NCBI GenBank assembly: GCA_038207335.1
Contig: JBBQZX010000003.1
Location: 1 to 64,000 of the forward strand
Length of the DNA stretch: 64,000 nucleotides
Origin: Chthoniobacterales bacterium
GTDB taxonomy: Bacteria; Verrucomicrobiota; Verrucomicrobiia; Chthoniobacterales; Chthoniobacteraceae
Direction of reading: 5' to 3'
Shown: piece after piece, positions 40,008-50,314 of the stretch
How the letters are laid out: each line of letters opens with the position of its first letter
How positions within the stretch are numbered: the first letter of the stretch is position 1
Program-made: the position numbers and the translations under genes
The notes under the pieces: generated by a model
Databases searched by the model: none
Seen by the model: the letters and a program-made list of their open reading frames with translations, nothing else
Told to the model about the DNA's origin: nothing

Positions 40008-41066
40008 ATGGCTCGGAAACAGCGCAAGACCGCCGGAGTCATCGGACTCGGAATCATCGGTTCGCGTGCGGCCGCAGGGCTGCGCGCTGCGGGGTTTTCG
40101 GTCTTCGTCTGGAATCGCAGTCCGCAGCCGGCGCCGAATTTTCTCGGCTCGCCGGCCGAGGTCGCGCGGGCGAGCGACATTGTGCAGCTATTCGTGGCGG
40201 ATGCGCGCGCGGTATTCTCGGTGATCGAGGCGATGAGTGAGGCGCTCACGCCCGAGCATATCGTGATTTGCAGCGCGACGATCGGGCGCGAGGCGACTGC
40301 GGAAGCCGCGAAGATGGTCGAGAAGACTGGGGCGCGATTCCTCGATGCGCCTTTCACCGGGAGCAAAGTCGCGGCGGAAAAACGGCAGCTCGTCTATTAT
40401 GTCGGCGGTGACGAGCCGACGTTTCTGCGCGCAAAACCGGTGCTCGAAGCGAGCAGTAAAATCATCGTGCCGGTCGGGAAGATTGGCGATGCGGCGGTGG
40501 TGAAAGTTGTCACGAACATGATCGCTGCCGTGAGCATCCAAGCGCTAAGCGAGGCGCTCGCGATCGTGAAGAAATCTGGGCTCGATCCCGAGGTGCTCGC
40601 CGCCGCGCTCGAGCACAATGCCTGCCGCTCAGGCACGATCGAGTTGAAGTTGCCGAAGATGATGACCGGCGATTTCGAGCCACACTTTTCGGTGAAGCAC
40701 ATGTTCAAGGACGTGCAGCTCGGAGTTCACATGGCGCGCGAGGCGGGCGTCGAGAGTCCCGCTGCGACGGTCACTGCGGGCGTGCTCTACGGCGCGATGA
40801 ATCACGGTTGGGCGGACCTCGATTTCGCGTCGATCTTCAAAATGTATGACACCGTGCTCGATGAGCGCGCGGCGCGGATCACTGTGCCAGAGCCGATTCC
40901 CGAGGAGCCAGGCGCGCTTGAGGTCGTTGCCGCCATTCCGCGCGAGGCCAAGGCCGCGATCGACGCCGCCGCGTCCGAAGAGCTGCCCGGCGGCACCGAC
41001 CACGATGCGCACGGAGCGAAGCCTTTCAATCGCGTGAAGCGCTTCTTTTCCTCGGACCAATCATGA
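40008..41066 (+). CDS. NAD(P)-dependent beta-hydroxyacid dehydrogenase (3-hydroxyisobutyrate DH family)
   Basis: GVIGLGIIG, WNRS, LDAPFTGS, KVVTN, HMFKD. Confidence 0.88.
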   Translation: MARKQRKTAGVIGLGIIGSRAAAGLRAAGFSVFVWNRSPQPAPNFLGSPAEVARASDIVQLFVADARAVFSVIEAMSEALTPEHIVICSATIGREATAEAAKMVEKTGARFLDAPFTGSKVAAEKRQLVYYVGGDEPTFLRAKPVLEASSKIIVPVGKIGDAAVVKVVTNMIAAVSIQALSEALAIVKKSGLDPEVLAAALEHNACRSGTIELKLPKMMTGDFEPHFSVKHMFKDVQLGVHMAREAGVESPAATVTAGVLYGAMNHGWADLDFASIFKMYDTVLDERAARITVPEPIPEEPGALEVVAAIPREAKAAIDAAASEELPGGTDHDAHGAKPFNRVKRFFSSDQS

Positions 41067-41944
41067 GCCGCGGCCTCGTCGCCGACGTCAGCGACCGCGT
41101 CCAGCTCGAACTCACCGGCGCGGACCGCGTGCGCTATTTGAATGGCCAAGTCACGAGCAACGTCACCCGTCTCGCCCCCGGGCAGACGCAACCCGCTTGC
41201 GTGACCACGGCGAAAGGCCGTCTCTGCGCGGAAGTTTTCATCACTGCGACTGCGGATGCGCTGCTCATCGACGCAGACGCCTCGCTCCGCGAATCACTCC
41301 CCGCGCGGCTCGAGCGCTACATTGTCGCCGACGACGTGATGCTCTCCGAGGCCGCGTCTGGCACGCGGCTCATCCATTTGATCGGTGGCGACAGCTCCGC
41401 GTTCGCGGACTTTCCGCTCGTCGCCGCGCGCCGTTTTGGCATCGACGGTTGGGATTTGCGAATTGCTCCCGATGAGCTTCCGCACAGCCTGCTGCAACTC
41501 ATTGACGCCCATTTTACGCCACTCGATGAGCCTGCGCAGGAGACGCTCCGCATCGAGCGCGGAATCCCACGGTGGGGCAGCGAACTCGATGAAAACACAC
41601 TTCCGCCCGAGGCCGGTCTCGACCGCACGCACGTCGATTTTCACAAGGGCTGCTACATTGGCCAGGAGGTAATCTCGCGCATCAAAAGCGTCGGGCACGT
41701 AAATCGCGAGCTCGTCGGTTTCGTCTCTCAAGGCGCGCCGCTCACGTCCGGGATGACGATCTTCTCGGACACCGCACCTGAGAAATCTGCGGGCACGATC
41801 ACGAGCGCGGCGTGGAGTTTAGCCTTGGAGAAATCGATCGCGCTCGGATACCTCAAGCGCGGCACCGCGATGCACGGCCTCACAGCCCGATCCGCTACCG
41901 CCGACGCGCCCGTCATCGCGCAGGCCCTTCCATTTGTCTCATGA
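41063..41944 (+). CDS. ygfZ: Folate-binding Fe-S/tRNA modification protein YgfZ
   Basis: KGCYIGQE signature; GcvT-like fold. Confidence 0.9.
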   Translation: MSRGLVADVSDRVQLELTGADRVRYLNGQVTSNVTRLAPGQTQPACVTTAKGRLCAEVFITATADALLIDADASLRESLPARLERYIVADDVMLSEAASGTRLIHLIGGDSSAFADFPLVAARRFGIDGWDLRIAPDELPHSLLQLIDAHFTPLDEPAQETLRIERGIPRWGSELDENTLPPEAGLDRTHVDFHKGCYIGQEVISRIKSVGHVNRELVGFVSQGAPLTSGMTIFSDTAPEKSAGTITSAAWSLALEKSIALGYLKRGTAMHGLTARSATADAPVIAQALPFVS

Positions 41945-42588
41945 AAAAGCTCGTCATCCTCTTCGCCGCACTCCTCACCGCCAGCTCCGCGCTTCATGCG
42001 GACGATGTCGCGCTTATGAAAATCCGTGTGAACAAATCGAAGGAGCTGCTGCCCGTCGCGATCGAATTTTACGAAGGCGACACGCCCGCCCATGTCGCAA
42101 ATTTCAAAAAGCTCGCGAGCAAAAAATTCTACAACGGCCTCGCATTCCACCGCGCATTTCCACACCTGCTCATGCAAACCGGGGACCCTATCAGCCGCAG
42201 CAGCAATCGCACGCGCGTCGGCATCGGCGGACCGGGCTACACATTGCCGCCGGAGATTCACCGCAAGAACATCAAGGGCGCAGTCGCTGCCGCGCGGCTG
42301 CCGGATAAAATCAACCCGTCACGCGTCTCGAACGGCAGCCAGTTCTACATCTGCCTCGCTCCGATGCCAGCGTACGACGGCCAATACACCGTCTTCGGCC
42401 ACGTCCTCTACGGCCTCGACACGCTCGACACGCTCAGCACGCGCAGCGTCGATTCCAACGACAATCCGGTCGAGCGCATCGAGATTGACTCGGTTAAAAT
42501 CATGCCGCGCGAGCAACTTCCGCCGCCGCCTGCGCCGCCCGTCCCCGGTGCGAAGCCGAAGGCGAAACGCTGGTGGCAGATTTTTTGA
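41941..42588 (+). CDS. Cyclophilin-type peptidyl-prolyl isomerase, exported
   Basis: FYNGLAFHR, QTGDP, SNGSQFYI, YTVFGHV. Confidence 0.92.
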   Translation: MKKLVILFAALLTASSALHADDVALMKIRVNKSKELLPVAIEFYEGDTPAHVANFKKLASKKFYNGLAFHRAFPHLLMQTGDPISRSSNRTRVGIGGPGYTLPPEIHRKNIKGAVAAARLPDKINPSRVSNGSQFYICLAPMPAYDGQYTVFGHVLYGLDTLDTLSTRSVDSNDNPVERIEIDSVKIMPREQLPPPPAPPVPGAKPKAKRWWQIF

Positions 42589-42596
42589 CAAACCCT

Positions 42597-42625
42597 TTGC
42601 GCGCCCGGGAGGCCGCACGTATAAA
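42597..42625 (+). promoter_or_regulatory. Sigma70-type promoter of tRNA-Tyr
   Basis: TTGCGC-N17-TATAAA followed by a GC-rich discriminator. Confidence 0.55.
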
Positions 42626-42644
42626 CCGGCCCCGCAAATTTCCC

Positions 42645-42727
42645 GGGTAGATACCGAAGTGGCCAAACGGGGTGGACTGTAAATCCACTGGCTTACGCCT
42701 TCGAAGGTTCGAATCCTTCTCTGCCCA
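42645..42727 (+). tRNA. tRNA-Tyr (GTA); CCA not encoded
   Basis: Cloverleaf with GTGGA-CTGTAAA-TCCAC anticodon arm, long variable arm, GGTTCGAATCC. Confidence 0.95.
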
Positions 42728-42741
42728 TTTGCGCGGGATTT

Positions 42742-42769
42742 CCACATTCGGTATGTGGCGCTTTTTTTT
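42742..42769 (+). terminator. Probable intrinsic terminator after tRNA-Tyr
   Basis: CCACAT-TCGGT-ATGTGG hairpin then CGC and T8. Confidence 0.55.
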
Positions 42770-42827
42770 GGTGAAAAAATTGGGTCGCCGTGCAGGCGAC
42801 GGTCTGGTTCCAATTTCTGGCTCCACC

Positions 42828-43499
42828 ATGAACAAACGTACATTCCTCCTTCGCCTCGGTGCGCTCTTAACCCTCCCACTCATCGCCAGCGAAGCCTGTG
42901 CGCAGGCTGCTTCCCAAGCCGCTGGGAAAATTCGCGTGGCATGTATCGGCGACAGCATCACCTATGGCTCCGGCGTCGCACAACGCGAGGTGAACGCGTA
43001 CCCCGCCGTCCTGCAGACGCTGCTCGGCGACGGCTACGAGGTGAAAAACTTCGGCGTCTCCGGCGCGACGCTACTGAAGGGCGGCGACAAGCCATATTGG
43101 AAGCAAAGCGCTTTCAAGGACGCCACGGAGTTCGCCCCGAATATCGTCATCATCAAGCTCGGCACCAACGACACGAAGCCGCAGAACTGGTCGCACAAAT
43201 CGGAGTTTTCCGACGACCTCCGCGCGCTCGTCGATCACTTCGCGGGGCTTCCTGCGAAGCCGAAAATCTGGCTCTGCGTTCCCGCGCCAGTGCACAAGCT
43301 GAATTTCGGAATCAACGAACCCGCGCTCGATGAAGAGATTCCGATGATCCGGCAGGTCGCGGAGGAAAAGAAGACCGGCATCATCGATATCTTTGCCGCG
43401 CTGAAGCCCCATCCCGAGTTCTTTCACGACGGCATTCACCCCGATGCCGCCGGCGCGAAGGTGATGGCTGAGACGGTGAATCAAGCGATCAAGAAATAG
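42828..43499 (+). CDS. SGNH/GDSL esterase, exported
   Basis: GDSIT, NFGVSG, LGTND, DGIHP. Confidence 0.92.
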   Translation: MNKRTFLLRLGALLTLPLIASEACAQAASQAAGKIRVACIGDSITYGSGVAQREVNAYPAVLQTLLGDGYEVKNFGVSGATLLKGGDKPYWKQSAFKDATEFAPNIVIIKLGTNDTKPQNWSHKSEFSDDLRALVDHFAGLPAKPKIWLCVPAPVHKLNFGINEPALDEEIPMIRQVAEEKKTGIIDIFAALKPHPEFFHDGIHPDAAGAKVMAETVNQAIKK

Positions 43500-43576
43500 G
43501 GCAGGCTACCAGTTGTCCGCGGCGGGTTTTTGGATTAACGAATGCGCCGCAGTTTCTGCCATACGTCTCTGAAACC

Positions 43577-44488
43577 ATGAAGTTCCGCGCTCTCCTCATC
43601 GTTCTTTTTACCGTCACCGCCGTCGCCTGTTCGGCGCAAACGCAGGCCCCGGCAAAGACTGCGCCGCCAGTCCCGGGCAGTCCCGCGCCGGACGAACCCG
43701 CCGCTCCCGCACCGGCAGCGACGACCACACCGACCCCGGCACCGACCGGCGCATCTCAGCAAATTACGTTCAGTCAATGCCATGTCGATGGGCCTTACAT
43801 CGCGATGACTTTCGACGACGGGCCGAGCAAGGAGAACACGCCGCGCCTTCTCGAGATGCTGAAAAAGCGCGGTATCAAGGCGACGTTTTTTTTGCTCGGC
43901 GAATGTGTCGCGCAGAATCCCGAGATCGCGAAACGCATCGTCGCGGAAGGGCATGAAATTGCGAATCACTCGTGGTCGCACCCGTCGCTCTCAAAGCTGG
44001 GCGAAGAGGGAATCACCAGCCAACTCCAGCGCACGCATGATTTGATCGAACAGACGACGGGCGTTTCGATGACGCTCATGCGCCCGCCGTACGGCGCGCT
44101 CACCACGAATCAGCGCGCGTGGGTAAACAAAAAATGGGGCTACAAAATCATCCTGTGGGATGTCGATCCGCTTGATTGGAAAGTGCGCAACGCGGCGCAT
44201 GTGGAGAGCGAGATCGTGAAGCAAACTGTCGCCGGCTCGATCGTCCTCTCGCACGACATTCACAAAACCACGGTCGATGCGATGCCGGAGACACTCGATG
44301 CCCTCGCCGCGAAGGGGTTCAAATTTGTGACGGTGACCGAACTGCTCGCGATGAACCACGCCGCGCCGCCGGCCAAGCCGAAGGCGACGCCCGTGCCAAA
44401 ATCCGCGCACAAGCCTGAGGCGGCGGTTACGAAAGCCGAGCCGCCTGCGGCGAAGCAACGGCCTGCCGTGCCTGTGAAGCCACTATAA
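43577..44488 (+). CDS. Polysaccharide deacetylase (NodB/CE4), exported
   Basis: TFDDGP, NHSWSH, RPPYG, DPLDW, LSHD. Confidence 0.93.
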   Translation: MKFRALLIVLFTVTAVACSAQTQAPAKTAPPVPGSPAPDEPAAPAPAATTTPTPAPTGASQQITFSQCHVDGPYIAMTFDDGPSKENTPRLLEMLKKRGIKATFFLLGECVAQNPEIAKRIVAEGHEIANHSWSHPSLSKLGEEGITSQLQRTHDLIEQTTGVSMTLMRPPYGALTTNQRAWVNKKWGYKIILWDVDPLDWKVRNAAHVESEIVKQTVAGSIVLSHDIHKTTVDAMPETLDALAAKGFKFVTVTELLAMNHAAPPAKPKATPVPKSAHKPEAAVTKAEPPAAKQRPAVPVKPL

Positions 44489-44514
44489 CGTAAGCAGAGT
44501 GGAGCCGACTGGGC

Positions 44515-45708
44515 TCACGCAAAAAATCGCGAGGCGGGGACGATCTCGCCAGGCTTGCAGATGCGCTCGACGAGCGTCTCCCAGCTTTCGTGGCCGCTCA
44601 GGATTTCGATTTCGACTCGAAGAAAATAGACCGGCAGTTCGAGGTTTTCGGCTTTGTGCGGGAAGCGGACGCTGTCCTTTTCAGTCGTCACGATCATGTC
44701 GAGGTCGCGTTGCACGCAGCGCGCGATGAACTCCTGCAACTCTTTCTCAGTGAAGCGGTGGTGGTCGGCGAATCGCTTCGTGATTTGCAGCTCCGCGCCC
44801 AGCCCGCGGAGTCCGTTTTCAAAGCTCTCGGGCTGCGCGATGCCGCTGATCGCGCCGATATACTTGCCGCTGAGAAAGTCGAGTGGCAGGCGCTCATCGG
44901 AGTATAGATTTTGCAAGTAGAGCGGTCGGTGCGTGCACTCGATGATCTCGGCGGTGCGGTTGAGTTTTCGGATGCGCTCGATCAGTGCGACATTCCCACC
45001 GACGATGCTTTTGGTGATGAAAATGTAACTCGCGCGACGCAGGTTCGACGGCGGCTCGCGGAGCGTCCCGCGTGGCAGCAGGAATTCGTTTCCAAAGGGT
45101 GCCTGCCGGTCGATGAGACAGATTTCGAGCCGGTGTTTGAGGTGCAAGTACTGCATCCCGTCATCGAGGATGAGCGTGTCCACGCCCATGCTGCGGATGG
45201 CGTGCAGCGCGCTTTTCACGCGATCCTTATCGACGAGGACGATGACATTTTTGAGGCTTCGAGCAAGCATGAATGGCTCATCGCCTGCAAACCGAGAATC
45301 AAGCAGCAGCCTTGATCCGTCGTGCACGATGCGCGGTTTTTTCCGCTCGAGCCCGAGCCATTTTCGCTGCATGCGGCGGAGCAGCGGCGGCTTCTTGCTT
45401 TTGTATCCCCGACTCAGAATTGCGACGTTGCGCCCGTGGTCTTTCAGTGTCCGCGCGAACTTTTCCACGACTGGCGTTTTGCCCGTGCCGCCGACCGTCA
45501 GATTTCCGATCGAGATGACGAGGCATCCGGGCGTGCGCTGGCGAAAAAAGCGATGTCGATAGAGCCAGAGCCGCGTTTGCACGATGCCGCGAAAAAGCCA
45601 CGAGAGCGCCTGCAAAAACCACCGCAGCAGCGCGGCGCGTTTGCCGTATCGACGCTCCAAAATGACGTCGATCGCAAACTGCTCGAACGCTTCCAGCCAC
45701 CGCCTCAT
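44515..45708 (-). CDS. lpxK: Tetraacyldisaccharide 4'-kinase
   Basis: GNLTVGGTGKTP, SRGY, GDEP, LDDGMQ, LLPRGTLRE, TTEKD. Confidence 0.95.
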   Translation of the reverse strand: MRRWLEAFEQFAIDVILERRYGKRAALLRWFLQALSWLFRGIVQTRLWLYRHRFFRQRTPGCLVISIGNLTVGGTGKTPVVEKFARTLKDHGRNVAILSRGYKSKKPPLLRRMQRKWLGLERKKPRIVHDGSRLLLDSRFAGDEPFMLARSLKNVIVLVDKDRVKSALHAIRSMGVDTLILDDGMQYLHLKHRLEICLIDRQAPFGNEFLLPRGTLREPPSNLRRASYIFITKSIVGGNVALIERIRKLNRTAEIIECTHRPLYLQNLYSDERLPLDFLSGKYIGAISGIAQPESFENGLRGLGAELQITKRFADHHRFTEKELQEFIARCVQRDLDMIVTTEKDSVRFPHKAENLELPVYFLRVEIEILSGHESWETLVERICKPGEIVPASRFFA

Positions 45709-45715
45709 GGGGAGA

Positions 45716-46552
45716 TTAGAGCACCCCGGCTCCGGAGTTGTCTGCGGTTGTGATAATCGTTCGAGCGGGGTGTTCGGCCGCGGCTTTCATGGCGGCAGCG
45801 ACTGCATCGGGAGAGTCGAGCGTGAGGCAGCAAATCGTCGAACCAGAACCGCTGAGGAAGCCACCGAGGGCACCGGCTTTTTCTCCTGCGGCGATGACGC
45901 GCGGGAGCATCGGGATGAGCGGTTCGCGGAATGGCTGGTGGAGAAAATCGGTGAAGCAGCCGCGCAGGAGTTCGTATTTTTGCAGGGCGAATGCGGCGGT
46001 GATTCGGCAGGCGTTGGCGCCGCTGGCTGCGGCGTCGCGATGAGCGATTTGGGCGGGGAGGACGGCGCGCGCAGCGGGCGTCGCGATTTCAAAATCGGGG
46101 ATGAGGAGGACGAAATGCAACGCCGGTGAGACTTCGCATCGGAGCGCAGACGCGCCGGTTTTTGCGACGGTGAAGCCGCCGAATGCCGCAGGGGCGGCGT
46201 TGTCGGGGTGGCCCTCGAGTTGCGAGCAGAGCTCGAAAAGCCGCTCGCGGGTGAGGCCCGCGTTGCTGAGTTCGTTCAGGCCGTGGAGGATGCCGAGCCG
46301 GACGGTGACGCTGCTGCCAAGGCCGCGTGACTGCGGCACTTCGCCCTCGATTTTCCAATGAAACGCGAACGGCTGCGCGTGCGCCGCGGCGAAGAAACGT
46401 GCGGCGGCATCGGACGCCATGACGTGGCTCTGCGGTGGGCCGCCGCGGCTGATGGTGACTCGATTGTAGAGCTGCACGGCGACGCCGAGGCAGTCGTATC
46501 CCGGCCCGAGATTTGCGGACGTGCCGGGCACGCGGATCGTGATTTCATTCAT
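45716..46552 (-). CDS. thrB: Homoserine kinase
   Basis: SANLGPGYD, PQSRGLGSS, EGHPDN, LSGSGS. Confidence 0.95.
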   Translation of the reverse strand: MNEITIRVPGTSANLGPGYDCLGVAVQLYNRVTISRGGPPQSHVMASDAAARFFAAAHAQPFAFHWKIEGEVPQSRGLGSSVTVRLGILHGLNELSNAGLTRERLFELCSQLEGHPDNAAPAAFGGFTVAKTGASALRCEVSPALHFVLLIPDFEIATPAARAVLPAQIAHRDAAASGANACRITAAFALQKYELLRGCFTDFLHQPFREPLIPMLPRVIAAGEKAGALGGFLSGSGSTICCLTLDSPDAVAAAMKAAAEHPARTIITTADNSGAGVL

Positions 46553-46615
46553 GTTGACGAAGTCTCGCGACGGCCAGCGCGGGCGGTCAATCGCGTTCGG
46601 GGTTGCGCTTGCCGC

Positions 46616-47938
46616 TCAGAATTCCCAGCCTGTGGTCAGACCCAGCCACTGCACTCCGATGCGAACCGCGCTGTCTGAATACTCGCCCGCGGCCAGTTCG
46701 CTTTTCCCGATTTGCTGCGTTTTCGGCAGCGCCCACTGCCACGCGAGATCGACTGCGGCGCGGCCATTTTTGTAGCCGACGCCGGCGCTTAAGGTGTGCT
46801 CGGTGATCGCCGCGGTGAGTGGCGTGAGCGTCTCGCTCGGCACCGGATTCGTGGAGTAGGCATACCCGGCTCGCAAGGCCCAGTGAGCATCGAGCGCGTA
46901 CTCGAGCCCGATGCGACCGACCCACTGATCTCGCCATTTGAGGGGGATGTCGTCGTCCAAGCGATCGCTGCCGACAAGTCCGTTGAGGTCGCGATCGTTT
47001 CCACTTTTGAGCCGCACTTTGAGCGTGTCGAACGAGTCCGCCAAATTCAGCCAATCGATCTGTGCGGCGACAGTGAGCTTCGGCGTCGCGTTCCAGACCG
47101 CGCCGACGCTGGCCTTTTGAGGAAAATGATTCGTCACCTCGGCATCGTAGTCCGCCGTCGAATCCGCTGCGCCGAGCCCGAGGCGCGCGAACTGCACCCC
47201 CGCATCCGCGGACGCGTGCCCAGTTGTGCGGATGCTTGCCTTCGTGGTGTAGCTCGCGCCGAGTGCGACTGTCTTTACCGGCTTCCACAGCAGCCCGACT
47301 TGCACATCCCAGCCGAAGCCTTCAGTGCGCAGATCGAGCAGCGTTTTCGCGGTGCGGAGCACCGGCTGGCTTTGAAAAATGTAAGGCGCCTCGAGCCGGT
47401 TGCGGTTGTAGAGCAGGCCGCCACTGACCCCGATTGAAAGCGCGTCGTTGATCTGCCAGCTCGTGCCGAGTGCCGCGCGGTAGAGCAAGACCTCCGAGCG
47501 ATGCGTCTGCACGCCGTAGCTCGTGAGCCCGTCGGCTCCGCCCGGCGTGTCGCGGTATCGCCAATCCGCGCGCATCGCTGCCACGGGCTCGATGCCGAGC
47601 CCGAAGCGGAAGACGCCCGCGGGTACACTCACAGCGAGCGCCGGGAGTATGCCCGCGGCGTCCAGCTTCGCGTCGTCATTGGCCCGGTTATCGAAGCGTC
47701 CGCTGGCAAATCCCGCGAGACCGTGCAGTTCGAATGTGGAACGCTCAAGCTCGCTCAGTGCAGCCGGATTTGCCGAAAGCGCATCGAGCGGGCCTCGCGC
47801 CGCCGCGGTGTCGTTGCCACCGAGCGCCATGGAGCGGGCGCTGGCGCCGTCGCGATAGATGCCTGCGCTGAAAGCGGGTGCAGCCGAGGCGGCGAGAAAG
47901 CCGGCGAGGCTCAGTCTGAGGATGTAAATGTGGTACAT
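46616..47938 (-). CDS. OmpP1/FadL family outer-membrane transporter
   Basis: ARSMALGG, NPAAL, WALRAGY, C-terminal Phe. Confidence 0.85.
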   Translation of the reverse strand: MYHIYILRLSLAGFLAASAAPAFSAGIYRDGASARSMALGGNDTAAARGPLDALSANPAALSELERSTFELHGLAGFASGRFDNRANDDAKLDAAGILPALAVSVPAGVFRFGLGIEPVAAMRADWRYRDTPGGADGLTSYGVQTHRSEVLLYRAALGTSWQINDALSIGVSGGLLYNRNRLEAPYIFQSQPVLRTAKTLLDLRTEGFGWDVQVGLLWKPVKTVALGASYTTKASIRTTGHASADAGVQFARLGLGAADSTADYDAEVTNHFPQKASVGAVWNATPKLTVAAQIDWLNLADSFDTLKVRLKSGNDRDLNGLVGSDRLDDDIPLKWRDQWVGRIGLEYALDAHWALRAGYAYSTNPVPSETLTPLTAAITEHTLSAGVGYKNGRAAVDLAWQWALPKTQQIGKSELAAGEYSDSAVRIGVQWLGLTTGWEF

Positions 47939-48040
47939 CGCCGACAAACTCAGCACCGCGCGCACCAAACGGTATGGGTTCTCAAATCTTACACAAAAAA
48001 CTGATTCTCGGAATTCGCGAGAACGGCTCGTGCTCTAGCT

Positions 48041-49690
48041 GTGACGCCACCCGCAATGCCCACCGCCACTGATTCCGAATACGACTCGCTGAAAGTCAGG
48101 CTCGCAGCCACGCAGGCCGAGCTTGCACTCTCGCACGCGGCGAGGAAATCCGCCGAGGAGGAGGCGCGCTCCCTCCGCGTCAGCGAGTCGTATTTTCGGA
48201 ACCTCACGGAGTACGCGCTCGATCTCATCACCATCCTCGATGCGGACGGCACGATCCGCTTCGAGAGCCGTTCCGTGGAGAGCGGGCTCGGCTGGGAGCA
48301 GGAGGATTACGTGGGAAAAAACGCGTTCGAGTTCGTGCATCCCGAGGATGCGCCGCGCGTCATCCAGGCGTTCGTTATCGCGCTTCAGGCCAATGGCAGC
48401 ACTCCGTTGTTGAGCTTTCGCTTCCGGCATAAAGACGGCACCTACCGCATCCTCGAGGGCCGTGGGAACAACCTGCTCGGTGACTCGGCGGTGCGCGGCA
48501 TCGTCTTCAACTCGCGAGACGTGACCGAGCAGCGGCGGCTTCAGGAGCAGTTTCAACAGTCGCAAAAAGTGCAGGCCATCGGCCAGCTCACGGGCGGGGT
48601 GGCGCATGATTTTAACAACATTCTCACCGCAATCATCGGCTACAGCGAACTCGTCCTCGGCCGTCTGCCGGAGGGCGGGCAGCCGCACCGCGATGTGCAG
48701 GAAATTCTCAAAGCCGCGAATCGCGCCGCCGGCCTCACGCGGCAGCTTCTCGCCTTCAGTCGCAAGCAGGTGATGCTCCCGCGCGTGCTGAATCTCGGCA
48801 CCGTCATCGCCGAGATGGATCACATGCTGCGGCGCCTCATTGGGCCGCAAATCGACCTCGTGACGGTGCCGAGCCCGGCGACAGGAAATGTGAAGGCCGA
48901 CCTCGGGCAGATCGAGCAGGTGCTCTTGAACCTCGCCGTTAACGCCCGCGACGCGATGCCCGAGGGCGGCAGGCTGACCATCGAGACGCAATGCCTCACG
49001 ATCGACGAGGTGTACGCCGAACTGCGCGACGAAGTGGAGCCGGGCGAGTATGTCATGCTCGCGATCACCGACTCCGGCACGGGCATGACGGAGGAAGTGC
49101 AGGCGCACTTGTTTGAGCCGTTCTTCACCACGAAGCCCCAGGGGGAGGGAACCGGGCTCGGGCTCGCGACGTGCCACGGCATTGTGAAGCAGAGCGGCGG
49201 ACACATCGCGGTTTACAGCGAGTTGGGGAGGGGGACGACTTTCAGAGTCTATCTGCCGCGCGTGTCGGAGGAAGCGGCGCCGTACGAGCGCACCGAGTCC
49301 TCGCCGATCCTCCGCACGGGCAGTGGCACCGTGCTGCTTGTGGAGGACGAGCCGATGCTGCGCGAGCTCGGCGCGACCGTGCTGCTGGAACTCGGCTACC
49401 AAGTCCTCTCCGCGGAGAATGGCCGCGAGGCGCTCGCCCTCGTGCAGGCGAACCCCAACCTCCAAATCGACCTGTTGCTCACCGACGTCATCATGCCCGA
49501 GATGGGCGGCAAGGAACTCGTCTCGCATCTGCGCCCCCTCTCGCCGCACACCAAGATCATCTTCTGCTCCGGCTACACCGAGGACGCCATCTTCCACAGC
49601 GGCGGGCTCGAGGCGGACGTCTTTTTTCTGCAAAAGCCTTACACGCTGGCGGCCGTTGCGCAGAAAGTTCACGATGTCCTCCATAGCTGA
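48041..49690 (+). CDS. PAS-domain hybrid sensor histidine kinase/receiver (CckA-like)
   Basis: PAS (VHPED), AHDFNNIL, NLAVNARDAM, GTGLGL, receiver LLTDVIMP. Confidence 0.93.
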   Translation: MTPPAMPTATDSEYDSLKVRLAATQAELALSHAARKSAEEEARSLRVSESYFRNLTEYALDLITILDADGTIRFESRSVESGLGWEQEDYVGKNAFEFVHPEDAPRVIQAFVIALQANGSTPLLSFRFRHKDGTYRILEGRGNNLLGDSAVRGIVFNSRDVTEQRRLQEQFQQSQKVQAIGQLTGGVAHDFNNILTAIIGYSELVLGRLPEGGQPHRDVQEILKAANRAAGLTRQLLAFSRKQVMLPRVLNLGTVIAEMDHMLRRLIGPQIDLVTVPSPATGNVKADLGQIEQVLLNLAVNARDAMPEGGRLTIETQCLTIDEVYAELRDEVEPGEYVMLAITDSGTGMTEEVQAHLFEPFFTTKPQGEGTGLGLATCHGIVKQSGGHIAVYSELGRGTTFRVYLPRVSEEAAPYERTESSPILRTGSGTVLLVEDEPMLRELGATVLLELGYQVLSAENGREALALVQANPNLQIDLLLTDVIMPEMGGKELVSHLRPLSPHTKIIFCSGYTEDAIFHSGGLEADVFFLQKPYTLAAVAQKVHDVLHS

Positions 49691-49717
49691 ACGCGCTGCG
49701 GCGCGTGCAGCCGCGCC

Positions 49718-50311
49718 ATGGTCACCGTTCGCCCTCTCATCCTTGCATCGGCATCGCCACGCCGTCGGTGGCTGCTCGCCGGGCGCGGGTTCGAGTTCAC
49801 GGTTGAGCCCGCGGACGTGACGGAGCTTGCCCCGGCGCACCTCACGCCGGGCGAGACGGTCCTCTTCAACGCCCGCCTCAAGGCCGACGCCGTCTCCGCG
49901 CTCCATCCCGGCGCGCTCGTGCTCGGCGTCGATACACTCGTCGCGTGTGATGCCGAGATCTTCGGGAAGCCGGCGGACATGCAGGAAGCCCTCTCCATGC
50001 TCCGGCGCCTGAACGGCCGGGCGCACGAAGTTTTCTCCGGCCTCTGGCTGCGCTGCCGGGAGAGCGAGCAGCGGGGCGCGGTGGAAATGACGCGCGTGCA
50101 TTTCCACCACCTCGCCACGCCGCGGCTTCGCGCCTACCTCGCGCGCATCGGGCCGCTGGATAAAGCCGGCGCCTACGCCGCGCAGGACGACGACGGCGAG
50201 ATGATCGAGCGCGTCGAGGGCTCGCTGAGCAACGTCATCGGCCTGCCCATGGAAGCCCTCGAGCCGCTCCTCGCCGAGTTCGGCCACCGCGGAGCGTCCC
50301 GAGCCATCTGA
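49718..50311 (+). CDS. maf: Maf family nucleotide pyrophosphatase
   Basis: LILASASPRR, DT, GKP, KAGAY, NVIGLP. Confidence 0.92.
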   Translation: MVTVRPLILASASPRRRWLLAGRGFEFTVEPADVTELAPAHLTPGETVLFNARLKADAVSALHPGALVLGVDTLVACDAEIFGKPADMQEALSMLRRLNGRAHEVFSGLWLRCRESEQRGAVEMTRVHFHHLATPRLRAYLARIGPLDKAGAYAAQDDDGEMIERVEGSLSNVIGLPMEALEPLLAEFGHRGASRAI

Positions 50312-50314
50312 GCC

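Noticed and set aside
42585..42590. Perfect TTGACA as the tRNA-Tyr -35
   Set aside because: 29 bp from TATAAA; TTGCGC at 17-bp spacing fits better.
42645..44488. Genomic island at tRNA-Tyr
   Set aside because: No integrase, no tRNA 3' duplication seen, host-like composition.
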